This document shows, in pieces, positions 1-14,058 of a stretch of 64,000 nucleotides of DNA (position 1 is the stretch's first letter; each line of letters starts with the position of its first letter). The DNA is from Oikopleura dioica (Eukaryota > Animalia > Chordata). The notes beneath the pieces are model-generated. The model was not told the origin of the DNA. It saw only the letters and a program-made list of their open reading frames with translations, and ran no database searches. The position numbers and the translations under genes are program-made. The stretch lies in the NCBI GenBank assembly GCA_907165135.1, contig OU015568.1, positions 14,446,001-14,510,000 of the forward strand, given 5' to 3'.

Positions 1-677
1 TCCACAAGGTTGGCGAATCCTCTTTGGCTCCATGTTGAATTCATATCTTTTAGGCCAACATCATGCGAAAGGCTGACGGTACTTTCCTCCGAGTCGCTCG
101 AGAAATCGCCGAAGAATACCCTGACATCAAGTTCGAAGATGCTTACCTCGACACTGTCTGCCTCCGAGTAAGAGAGACTCCTCTTAATCAAAGCGCAATA
201 GTTTCTTTTAGATCGTCCAGGATCCCTCTCAGTACGACATGCTCGTCATGCCCAACCTTTACGGTGATATCCTCTCCGATCTTGGAGCTGGTCTCATCGG
301 TGGTCTCGGTCTTACTCCATCTGGAAACATCGGTGCTGACGGTGTCGCCCTCTTTGAATCTGTATGCTCAGACCTACCAATTCTTTCTTCTACTTAAAAA
401 TCTAGGTCCACGGCTCTGCCCCAGACATCGCTGGTCAGGACAAGGCCAACCCAACTGCTCTTCTCCTCTCCGCCGTCATGATGTTGAGACACTTGAACTA
501 CATGGAGATCGCCTCCGCCATCGAGACCGCCTGCTTCGATACCATCGCCTCTGGAACCAAGACTGGTGATCTTGGAGGAACCGCCAAGGTATTCAATATC
601 CTCAAATAACTCCCATTTAAATATTTTTCTAGTGCACTGAATTCACTGAGGCCATCTGCGCTCGACTGAGAAACTAA
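1..677 (+). CDS. IDH3A: Isocitrate dehydrogenase [NAD] subunit alpha, 3' part (5' end outside window)
   Basis: Spliced translation [11 protein letters not shown]...[49 protein letters not shown]...[25 protein letters not shown]...AICARLRN*; four short GT-AG introns; TAA at 675-677. Confidence 0.95.
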
Positions 678-1104
678 GTTATTACAATTATTCCTTGCTG
701 TCTAAAATACAACATCAACAAGTTAAAATCAATCTCAAGCACATGCAAATCTATCGGACTTCTTCAATGGAATTCTATGTGTTCAAACTATTTATTTGGG
801 CCTCGTCCCTCTTCAGTTGCTTTTGTTAAAACAGACAGTGACAAATAAAAAAACCTTTTGCTACTCTTTCAATAGTTTCTGATATGTTTTCGATAAACTT
901 ATCTGACTCTATTTTTTATCTCTCTGATTGACCACAAATGTCGACTGAGTAGGATCCAAATATTGAATTATCGTTAAAATTATTGATTCCATCATTGATT
1001 TATTCGATATATTGGAACCTACTCCTGTTCAATAATTTTTATTCAATTTTCTCGATTGTCGTCATTTAGGGCCAATCGGCTAACGTCTCTTTGATTTTCT
1101 AGCA

Positions 1105-4100
1105 ATGGATGACTACCGCAGTAAATATAGATCAGGGCTGGGTGGTTCTGATAGTTCACAGGGAAATAGACAAGGGTTATTTGTAAAAGGAGGAGTTCAA
1201 AAATCAAATGTGGAAGGTGGCGTCCAGGAACAAGTTGTTACGAAAAGCCACTACACTGAAGAAAGGGTTGATGAGGGACCCGATGCTAAGAAAAGGTTAA
1301 GAGGGCTAGATACAAGTTTTTAAACCTGTATTTCAGTAAAATGGACATGATCCACGATGAAGACTATCAGAAAACTCTTTTCCGCTGCTCAAAATTACAT
1401 GGGCCAAAAACACAAGAAAGATCTGATGGATAACATCCGCAGATTTAACTGGAAAGTTCAAAATGGCCAGAAAAGCTCTCGGATCAAAGTAAGCCCGACC
1501 GAGTTTCAAAGGACTAAGCAAGATTTTTTAGGCGAATGATATAAAGGGCTACTTGCACATTTGGTGCAATCAACGAAGAGTCACACCAGAATTTAACTAC
1601 AAAGAACTGGGAAATCGACACAAGAAACTCTTTAGCTGCTCGATTCAAATAAGCGGACTCGATTTTATTTCAATCAAAGAAGCGAGAAGCAAGAAAGAAG
1701 CGCAAAACGAAGCAACTTGGGAATATTGCAATAAACTCGCGGAACTTGGCTTCATGGACAAAGAAGACTTCCCGAAGAAAGAAAAGGTCGCGACGAACGC
1801 TGCAGGAAGCATTCCACAAGACTGGCATCAAATCGTCACGAATGAACACATCGAGGAAGCGGGCGGCTGGACACCAGACAGTTGTCAGAAGCGATTACAG
1901 ACATTTTGCAGTACGGAAAAAGTCTCGTGCGAAATTCAAAACTCTTCGATGGGACCTGACCACGCAAAAATCCAAATCGCCGAGCTTCGACTGACCCTGA
2001 AGAAATATGGAAAAGAATTTTATGCGAAAGAACAAGCGCGAACGAAGAAAACAGCGAATGCTCTTGTTTCCTGGTCGATCGTCAAGCAACTCTATTTGGC
2101 AAAGATGATCGAAGAATGCGGATCGCGGCTTCGACGACCGAACGATATAAAAAATCAGGGAGGGAAGAAAACGACGCTAGAAACAATCGACGAAGCCACT
2201 GGTGACTGGACGCTTGATACAGCACGACAAAAGCTCCATGAATTCTTGGCGAAACGCAAAATCGCGCTAGAATACATTATGGAGGAAAAGGGAATGCCAA
2301 GTCATAGAATTTACATTGCCAAGCTTGATTTCACGATCGATGGAAAACAATACGCGTATGCAGACTCAGCTGCTAATAAAAAAGCTGCGCAGAAGAAAAC
2401 TGCGCTTGAATTATGCATGCGTCTATTCAGAGATGGCAAAATTGGTGCTAATGTTGCCGGACCAGGTAAATAAAGAACATAAACTCACATCATCTCATTT
2501 ATTGTAAGATGAAATTAAAAAACTTTTTGCAGGGAAAAAATTGACTTCGGCCTTTTTCGGGCATACAATTTTTATAAAATGAAACCAAACTATTTACATA
2601 ATGTAAATTTTACAGTATCATTTTAGCAGGGAAAAATAAAGATAACATCATCTCATTTTTTGAGTCTCTCAATGATTAAATGAAACAAAAGGATTATTAT
2701 TCTGATACAATCATTTTATCAGGAACAAAAAAAATTTTCTTGCACGTCGATTCGTGTTATTTGAAATAACTTATTCCAGTAACTGTTTACATTTTTTATA
2801 TTTATAATACTTTCCGCAGTAGAATCGTTATAATCGTTTATAAATCTCTTCTTGAGGGCGCTCTAATAGAGATAGTATCTCAAAATCACACTGTGACCCA
2901 GCTTGATTTCGATGAAATCGTAAAATGGGGTCGACCTTATTTCCAATATTGTTCTCGGTGGGGGATGATATCAAGCCGAGTGTCACTAAAGATTGATTTT
3001 ATTCTCTCGGTTGATATGAAACTTTTTTATTAGGAAGTAACAGTTTCTCTCAGGAATTTGGATCAATCCTAGACGAGCCGCAGCAATAAACAATGATCCT
3101 CCGGAAAAACTCAAGCCACCAAAACCTATCAAAAATATGGACAAGCGAGAGCGCGATGAATACGCCTGCAAAGTCAAGCTAGAATCGATCATGCCAATCA
3201 ACAACTTCAACACCGCGACTTCCCTTTTCATGGATCACATTCAAAAGACGCTAAAAGAAGTTTCCGATAGATTCTTACAAGAAGAACGGGACAATCCAGA
3301 CACCCAGACAAAGCTGAAAAGTGGGGAAATAAAAAGCGTGGAAGCTTTGAGGGAAATTCTTGGAGTCATGCAAGTCGGGGCGCTAGCCGGGCAGATCAAT
3401 TTGAAAGGCGAGACGGAATTCCTAGCAGTTTTGATGACGAAAAATAAGCCAACTTTTGCGCTGCTTGAGAAACTAGCGCATAAGATATCGGAACATATGA
3501 GCCAAACCTATCATGAGAACTACAAAGGTGAGCAACCTTCTCATTACCGCTGAACTGTGGGAAAACGATAACACAATCTATTTGTAGTGATTGTTTCCAG
3601 AGAGCTTGGGGGTCTCGAGCTATTCAGATTGGCCGAGCCGCGGGTAACGATTCTGATGTCGGTGGCCTCGCCCAAATGCAGACCGCCACTGAATTTGACC
3701 GAAGAAGTAAAATGTAAGAGATGCTAAAGTTTTCATTTTTTCAGAGATATTTTGCGAATTCTTCGATGAGAGATTTCTTTGATAATACCGCGATTGGCAT
3801 TTCTGACTGACTGATTCTGATTTTCGAGTGAAATAGCTAATCAACCAATTAAAATTTGACTCTAGTGTCTCTTCTTTGAGAGTTCCGTCAAACCAGTGAC
3901 GCCTACGCAATCTACGTTACAAATCTCCTATGTTTTTAGCATGGAGAATTGTAACGTCAATGTGCATCTTTCAAAAATCAGTCAGTCAGGACTGCCAATC
4001 GCGGTACAAAATACGAATTCACAAATTCCCTCTATTTACTTGAAATTTAGCGGAGCCTGAAGACCCCACAGTAGAATACATCCCCAACGATCAATGTCTC

Positions 4101-4729
4101 CGTGCCCTGGCCGAGCTTCGTCGCGCGAAATGGTATCACGTGTGTGCCCAAAAAGTACAGAACTGCACGGCCGTCGCTCGCATTATTCGTGACATGACGC
4201 TGCGTGTGCCCACGTGGAACATTCTATCGGATTGGAATATTCAGCTTTTAGTACAGAAAGGGCTTGAGTCAGCTGGAAAGGCACTTCCGATCTCAGACGG
4301 CGTTCAACGAATCTTTTCTGTCCTCGCCGGTGGTCTTATTATCAAAGGTCAGTGAAAAACGAACAGCAGTAGATTCAGATGGATAAATTTAATCAGGCGG
4401 CGAAGGAATAATCGACCCCTGCGAAAGAGAGCCAGTCGACGCCATGAAAGACTTATCAGATCAGGACAGAGAAGATATTACTTCGAGGTAGAGAAAAAAA
4501 TAAAAAATGAATTTTAAAATTTTTCGTAAGTAAAACATTTTTCATAAATAAAAATTCTAGCGCTCAACATGCTCTGAGACTGATGGCTTTCAACTCTCTC
4601 AACAAAATCCTTGGAATTCCATCTCTGGAAGCGATCGCTCGCCAATACGACACCACTGCCCCGGAAAGTACGGAAGAAAACAAAGAAGAAAACGAAGACG
4701 ACCCGACCGCGATTCCAGCCGGCCTTTAG
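1105..4729 (+). CDS. Protein with three DHX9-type dsRNA-binding domains followed by a DZF domain (ZFR/ILF3 family)
   Basis: 1532-2464 encodes DIKGYLHIWCNQRR..., GGWTPDSCQKRL...GPDHAK and GDWTLDTARQKL (DHX9 dsRBD1, dsRBD2 and a second dsRBD2-like copy). A phase-1 intron 2465-3053 joins in frame to DZF motifs GVMQVGALA...KPT, RIIRDMTLRVPTW and SAQHALRLMAF; TAG at 4727-4729. Confidence 0.8.
3788..4004. mobile_element. Non-autonomous MITE, TA target-site duplication (Tc1/mariner-type)
   Basis: ~33 bp imperfect TIRs (CCGCGATTGGCA...CTGACTGACTGAT), flanked by TA on both sides, inside an intron. Confidence 0.75.
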
Positions 4730-4881
4730 ACGTTTTATTTATGTTCTTAACCTTTCTGTATGCCGTACTACTGTCGTACTGTACATAAGTATTCCGCTCG
4801 GAAGTCGGTGGTTTGTTTACCTTTTATTTGTATTTAGAGCGCCGATCCTCGACCATGAAGAACCAAAACGAATCGAGCTAG

Positions 4882-7043
<2,162 letters not shown>

Positions 7044-7267
7044 TTTAATCCTATCTTTAATTTTAAATTATCTCTCTTCCTATCTACTTGCTCCATGCTG
7101 CCACGATCTCTATCGACGAAAAATTTAATTTGTTATGATAATCTCGCTCATTCTTTCTACATTTTCAAACATGTGTACCTTTTTATTTCTACAGTGAATA
7201 CAGTAAAGTCGTGAATAAACCCTTCTAGACACAACGTCTTCTTTTATGCGTTTTGATGGTTTACTGA

Positions 7268-8881
7268 TGCTTCGGTCCAGGGGTTCTGTTCTCTCGCGAT
7301 GTAGACATCTTTCAGTCGGGAGCATCGTCATTGGCGATGAAATTCTAAAGGTGAATTTCAAAAAGCAAGTTCATGAATCATTGGGGTTTTCAGGGATACA
7401 TACAAGACACAAATACAGCCTTCCTGGCGTCAACCCTTTTCAAAAACGGAATCAAATTGAGCCAAATCGCGGTCCTTCCAGACGATAAAAACCTCATTGC
7501 CGAGCAAGTAGCACTTTTTTCGCGTAAATTCGACGTGGTAATTACTTCTGGCGGCATTGGTCCAACCCATGATGATATTACCTTCGAATCTGTCGCTGCG
7601 GCCTTTGATGAGGACGTAGAGGTCGATTCTGAATTAGCAAAGATTGTTAGGAAGATTTTTGGCAACGTAGAGGACGATTCACCCCACATGAAATTGTGCA
7701 CAATTCCGCAGTCCTCTAAATTGCTATTCAAAGGGCCCGATGGGACTCCTTTTCGCTACCCTATCGTGACTGTCAATAATGTCTACGTACTGCCCGGCAT
7801 TCCATCTCTTTTCGAGCGCGCAATATCCAACATCGTCGGATACTGGGCTCAAGATATAACTCTTCATAAGAAAACAATCCGACTGAAGTGTCACGAGACA
7901 GAAGTGGCCGATGTTCTTACAGACGCTTCAAAGTTGTTTTCAGATGTAAATATCGGCTCCTATCCGAGCTGGACAAATAACTACGAAAAAGTGCTGATAA
8001 CAATCGATAGCGATAATTTGGAAAGAGTCCAAGATTGCCAGAACTATCTAAAAGAGCGAATAGAGTCGGGAAAAATGGTCGACGAAAACATTAACTGCGA
8101 GCCTTGGACCCTCGAGGGAGCCGATGTGCTGAAACTTCTAGAGGAAGATTCTGCTCTCGGCGGGAAAGTAAGAAAGGCGATGGAAGTGATTGAGAGCGCC
8201 ATGGAAAAATATGGCGATGGATTGAGTTTGGCTTTCAACGGCGGCAAGGATTGTACAGTTCTTCTTCATTTATACTTTGCCGCGTTGAAGAAAAACAAAT
8301 CGACGACGAGGATAAAGTCGATTTACATCGAATCCGACAAGGCGGAAATGTTCGAGGAGATGGACGAGTTTTTGGAGATTTCGCACAAAAGATATGGCAT
8401 CGATGTGATACGAACCAACGGTGGAATCAAGGAAGCCTTGTGTAAGTTACAATAGATAGATGTGAGTTTTTATGTGCATTTAGTCAAAATCAAAGAATCT
8501 CACCCTGAAATCAAAGCTATTCTAATGGGTACTCGTTTCGATGATCCGCATGGAAAATATCTTCAAGATTTTTCACCAACAGACACAGATAAAGGTATCA
8601 AAAAATCCGTATTCTTGACAATTAATAGTTTTCAAGGTTGGCCTGAATACATGCGAGTGAATCCGATTCTAACTTGGGATTATACAGATATTTGGGGCTT
8701 TCTTCGTAAACTTTACGTTCCTTACTGTATTCTTTACGACCGCGGATACAGTTCCATTGGCCCGAAATCGAAAACATTTCCAAATCCAGACCTCGTTTCC
8801 AAGGACGCCACTGGAAAAGTGATCGTTAAACCAGCGTATACTTTGGTCAACAATGAACTTGAGCGATCCGGGCGAAACTGA
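7268..8881 (+). CDS. FLAD1: FAD synthase (molybdopterin-binding domain + PAPS-reductase domain)
   Basis: IVIGDEILKG..QDTN, TSGGIGPTHDDIT, LAFNGGKDCTVLL, GTRFDDP, RVNPILTWDY, YDRGYSSIG, ERSGR; start codon uncertain (7246 or 7268). Confidence 0.93.
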
Positions 8882-8979
8882 CCTCTTACTGTATTTATCC
8901 TTCTTCTTTCCTTGCCGTTCTGTTTATTGTTCAAAAAGTTTGTGATTGGAAATTAAATAGGACATCTTTTCGTTTTAGA

Positions 8980-9357
8980 ATGTTGTCTCGCGTTGGTGCT
9001 CGGCTTTCTACCCGATCTTTTTCGAAATACATCGCGGACAACTATGGAAAGAACGTTCATCGTCTCGCAAACCGACCTACTGTTGAAGTTTCCGTTTTTG
9101 AAATCTTTGCCGCTACTGTGGGTACTCTTTTGATTCTTGGCGATGTAAGTACCTTTCAATAATGATCAATTTTCATGCGCAAATTGATGAAATACTCTAA
9201 ACATCTTGAATTTTAGATCGTCCGAGACCAGACTATCCACAGAGAACTTTTCGACGCCAACGGTCAGCCCGAAGAAGTCTGGAATCAGCGAATCTGGCTC
9301 CGACCACGAGGCTTCCACCAGGAAGGTAACCTCATGGGCCGAGCACAGATCTGGTAA
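8980..9357 (+). CDS. Small (~101 aa) protein with mitochondrial-presequence-like N-terminus and one hydrophobic segment
   Basis: TTTTAG acceptor 1 nt before ATG; Arg/Ser-rich MLSRVGARLSTRSFS; GT-AG intron 9145-9216 keeps frame to TAA 9355-9357. Confidence 0.6.
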
Positions 9358-9423
9358 AACATCATTTTTCTGCATCTGTATGTTATTTATTCGAAATCAA
9401 AATAATAGAGAAATAAAAACAAT

Positions 9424-10042
9424 TCAAAAAACAACTTCTGTTGCGCTTCCTTCAAAATCGTTCTGTTCGTAAGTGTAGTCCGCTAAAATTATATTTTGAA
9501 AAGTGAAATCAAGGAAGGGCCAGGTACGTTCAGGCCGATCAGCAACCCAGAGAAGATGGCGGTAAGAGGTGTAGGCCAACACAGGGCAGCGTTTTTTTGG
9601 GTTCTTTCGTTCTACGAGAATTGTTCTGCATCCTTTTTGTTTAGGCACGCACTCAGCAGGCCAGGCAGTAGGTCGTAGGGCACTAAAACAGAATTTGTTT
9701 AGAAATTTCTTAAAAAATATAGTAGTCTTGGAGAATTCGTCATTTCAATAGTGACCGATTTTTTTTGACCCTATTGAATTGATCTGTCTAAAAAGAGACA
9801 GGTTTATTTGCCTCGGATTCGCTCTCCAGCCCTTGGAAATAATTGTGTTACCTCTGGCAATCTAAATAAATCGAATCCTGAATATCAATGCATCTGCATG
9901 TTTGGCAATGATTCACCCGCCCTGTCTCTTTCCAGGACACTCGATTCTCAACGTCAGCCCAAGTGCAGTTTGATTTCTTTAGCGCATTAATTGACGATAA
10001 TCCAAAGCTCTGAGAGACCAAAAAGAGGAAAAACAAGAGCAT
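9424..10042 (-). CDS. Beta-microseminoprotein (PSP94/MSMB)-like secreted protein
   Basis: Signal peptide MLLFFLFLVSQSFG; motifs NHCQTCRC and GCRTILVERKNPKKRCPV match MSMB NCETCTC and DCKYIVVEKKDPKKTCSV; two GT-AG introns. Confidence 0.75.
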
Positions 10043-10178
10043 TTTTTTCAAAATGAAATGAAAATTGGTACTAATTTGAAGTTTTTTTCAAAACAACATT
10101 TTTCGATCAGCTGATTATCACAATAAGGATTCACTCAAGTGTTAATTGGAAAAACATTTTCAGAGTGACATTTTGAGC

Positions 10179-11585
10179 ATGTCGGCTGTTGGCGAAGTAG
10201 CAGACCCATCAATGGGGATGGTAAAAGCAACGGCTATTATCCGAGATGATGACGGGATTATCACTGTGAGCAGCGATAATTCAGTCCGTGTCTGGCTCAA
10301 GAGATCAAATGGGCAGTACTGGCCTTCTGTATGTCATTTTCTTACAAGCGCTGGCCGAAAGTTAAAGAGTTAATAAAATCTCCTTATATAAAAAATATCT
10401 ATTATCATCGTATTATAAATTCAAGCATAAAATTTAGTCGATCATGAATCTCGCCTGGTGTTCATCGGACAAGAAAGCGGGACAGTCCAAATGTTCGAAC
10501 TCTCGGAAGACCTAAATGTCCTCGCTTCGAAACGAGTATTCAACGCACACAATGTTCCAGTAAATGACCTGGTTTTGTGCAAGAAGAAAAACTGGATAAT
10601 TTCCGGCGGTGCGGATGGAACCATCAGCATTTCAGAGATCGGTTCCGGAGTCAAAGTTAGCGACTTCAGTTGTACAATTGTGCCGAAAAATATTGATGTA
10701 AGAAGTGTTTTGTAGCCTGTCTTAAATTCGAGTAAATTTCAAGATCGACGCAGATAGTGGAGTTTTGTTTTGCGGTACATCTGAAGGCTCTATCATCCTC
10801 GTTCGCATTTCTTCCGACGGAGTATGTAGCGAAGTCAATAAGCTACAGGGACACACGTAAAGTTAAACCTCTCTTCGCTCATTTCAGCGGTAATTTAGTT
10901 CAGAGATAACTTCAATTCTTTGGGAGCCAAATACGAATTTCCTCTTCTCCTGTTCGACGGACAAAACGATCATGTGCTGGGACATTGGTGGAAAGAAGGG
11001 CCTTTTCTTGCGACTTCAAGGACATCAAGACATACCTATCAATTTAAGTTTCAAAGACATGTCACTGTACTCAATCGGTAGCAATGGAGGAATCGTCCGC
11101 TGGGACATGACGAAACAAAGGAGTCCTCCGCCTGAGTGGACGGAATCCGACTCTTGTGAAGTAAATTCAAGCGATAGAAATTAACCATCAGTTATTTCTT
11201 TTTTCAGATCTGCAAAGGCCCCTTCTTCTGGAATTTCAAACAAATGTGGGAGGAAAAAACAATGGGCAAACGACAGCACCACTGTAGAAAATGCGGAAAA
11301 GCGCTTTGCGCAAAATGCGCTAGCAACCAAACTGTCATGCCAAAACTCGGTTTCGAGTTTGTCCCAGTCAGAGTTTGTAAAGAATGCCACGATTCAGTAT
11401 CCGACGCCGATAAAACCCCTCTTGCCAAACACGCAGCGCTGAATCGACAGGTTTCGATTCCAACAAAAGCGACTTTTCTGAATCTTAAATTTTAGTGTTT
11501 GAATATCGAAGTGGACCACAGTATGCGACGCGTAGCGACAATCAACCGAAACAAGTCGATATCTCTTTTCAATCTCGAGCTCTAA
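10179..11585 (+). CDS. WDFY2: WD repeat and FYVE domain-containing protein (WDFY1/2)
   Basis: DDGIITVSSDNSVRVWLKRSNGQYWPSVCH; FYVE W-ESDSCE...RQHHCRKCG...VRVCKEC. Confidence 0.9.
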
Positions 11586-11837
11586 TCCTTTTTCCGAATA
11601 TGAACTTCTACGATGACCTACTGATTAAAACTCATGTTACACAAATGTTTCAGTAACAAGCTTTGCAAAAGAAACGATTATTTTTTATCAAACATCTCGC
11701 ATTGAAAATCTTAATTTTACCTCTTTTCTCTTCAATAATACATTTTTCTTTGAAACTTATGACCTGTGCAATAAAAAAATATAACAATTCTAAAAAAAAA
11801 TACTTTTATAATATTATTAAATTATCATTTGTCAAGA

Positions 11838-13335
11838 ATGGCGGAAAAGAAGCCTTTGAAAATGCTGTGTCTTCACGGCTACCGTCAATCGGGCCAAGGC
11901 TTTCGAACAAAAACTGGCGCAATCCGAAAAGTGATGAAAAAACGCTGCGAGTACGTTTGGATTGACGCTCCTCACAAAATTCCGGATTCGGAAGATCTCG
12001 GCTGGTGGTTCAGCCAGGGACAGTCATACGACGCTTGTGCGACGACTAAAGAAGATAATGGCTTTGGCGAGAGTTTAGATTAGGGCTCGCCAAAAAAAAG
12101 TCGATGTCAATTCTCCCCTACGAATCGCACCTAAAAATGATCCCCGTTCTTTCCTGATTCGAATGATATGTCTCTGTCAGGCGTAAGTCTTGGGGAAAAA
12201 ATTCTAGAGCTAGGCCCAAAATCCTGTTTTTGGGACTTCGATCACGTGCCATGACGTCATTTCTCCAGAAATTTCAATATTTTTTGAATTTTTCGAGCAT
12301 AACTTTTTATGCTCTTTTGAATAAGCTACTTACGAAGGTGGGATCAAGATTTTGTCCAGAAATCCCAATAAAATCCTACTAAAAATCCCTCAAATTCACA
12401 GTTTTTCGGCCTAATTTTAACCAGAAAACCTTGGATATCTCGAGTTCCCCAAGTTTTCCCGACCCGGCAAAGCAAAGAAGCGCAACGCTCTATTCTATAA
12501 GAGTTTTGTCTCAGATCTGGGGAGAATCGAAGCAAACTATCGAAAAAAAATGAATTATTGGGAAAAAAGTACGTCAATTTTCGATTTTTTCTCAAAAAAC
12601 GCCATTTTTTTCAATAAAAATTCTTAGATAGAACCAAAACCAACACTGCATATTAAAGCTCAGACTCTCAGCTTTATGTTAATATCAAATATAAATAGTT
12701 TTGAGAGGTTTGACTTGTTAGCTTTTTCGGTTAAGCGATCAGACCCCGAAAAAGGGCCATTTTTATCGAAAATTCGCTCTAAAATTTTTTTGGCTGGGTT
12801 TCAGGGTGTGGTTATATGGGGAGTTTTGGGTTTTAGGACATGGGGAATCAGAAAAACATACTCGTTCGCGACTTCAAAATTTTATGGCGAGCCCTAGTTT
12901 AGATTCTGTCGCCAAGGTTTTTGAAGAACAAGGTCCGTTTGATGGAATTTTGAGTTTCTCGCAAGGAGCTTGTTTTGCGGCGATCTTGTGCTGTTTGAAA
13001 GAAAAAGGAGATGCGAGGTTTCAAAACTTTAATTTTGCGATTATCGCGGCTGGGTACAGATCGAGGACAGAACAGCATCAGCAGTTTTTCAAGGTGAATT
13101 ATAAAAATAATGGAACTGTCTGAGAACTTCGTAGGACGTGAAAGTCTCGTTCCCGACTCTTCACATCATCGGTGAAACAGACCAAGTCATCTGCCGCGAA
13201 ATGAGCGATGAATTAGCCACCTATTTCGACGAAGAAAAAACGACCATCGTTCGCCACCCGGATGGACACATTATTCCTACCAAAGGAGACCCCAAGGCTG
13301 CTATTTTGAAGTTCCTCGACGACCAGCGTGTTTGA
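11838..13335 (+). CDS. OVCA2: OVCA2/FSH1-family serine hydrolase, copy A, interrupted by a hAT-type insertion
   Basis: LKMLCLHGYRQSG, GPFDGILSFSQG, LHIIGETD, DGH; 816-bp TIR element at 12081-12896 inside the coding sequence. Confidence 0.85.
12081..12896. mobile_element. Non-autonomous hAT-superfamily DNA transposon
   Basis: TIR TAGGGCTCGCCAAAAAA vs reverse complement of right end TAGGGCTCGCCATAAAA (16/17); 8-bp TSD GTTTAGAT at 12073-12080 and 12897-12904. Confidence 0.92.
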
Positions 13336-14058
13336 TTTACAGAAATAGTACTGTACTGTATTGGCTGATTAGGAATCTGTAGAATAAATTAATACAACGC
13401 CTTAATTTTTCGCCTGACCGAGATTTTGCAGGGGTAAGAGGGACTCGTCTTTGCACATTCTGTGGCCTCTCGAGGGACTTGATCGATTCTTTTTTCGGTA
13501 CCTAATTAACGGTACATTTTCCTAGGAGCAAATTTCAAAAGAGAGAATAAGCTGTTTTAGAAATAAGAGAGATCTTTCAAAGTGCCCAGAAATCCGTTAT
13601 TTTGATATCTGATGGAGGATATCAAATCGTTGTTTTTGAGCATTATTTTCAACATGGCCCCATTTCTCTTTATCAAGATGAATTCGGCAGTTTTGTTTCT
13701 TCATTCGAACATACGCCATTCCGTTTATTTTTCTGTTTATGAGAGAGCGACCGCCAAAGAGAGATTACTTTATTTTTAAAGCAGATATTAAACAATAGGC
13801 TGCAGATTAAAAACGAGTTTTGTACTAAATGGGCAGGGTAGCGGATTTACGGTATGTTGTTGGCCCTAGAGACCGGTCGTTGCTTCCAGCTTTGGGCCAA
13901 TCAAACCACCAACCCCATGTAGGTTGCCGACCATGTAATTGCTACAAGCTGGGCTATCCGGGTTATCTCTACTTTTTTTAATAGCTTCAAGTGCCGTCCT
14001 CATCTTTTCTCGCCAAAGCTCTTCATTGAAACAAAAAACTTTCTTTCGGCTTTTTAGA

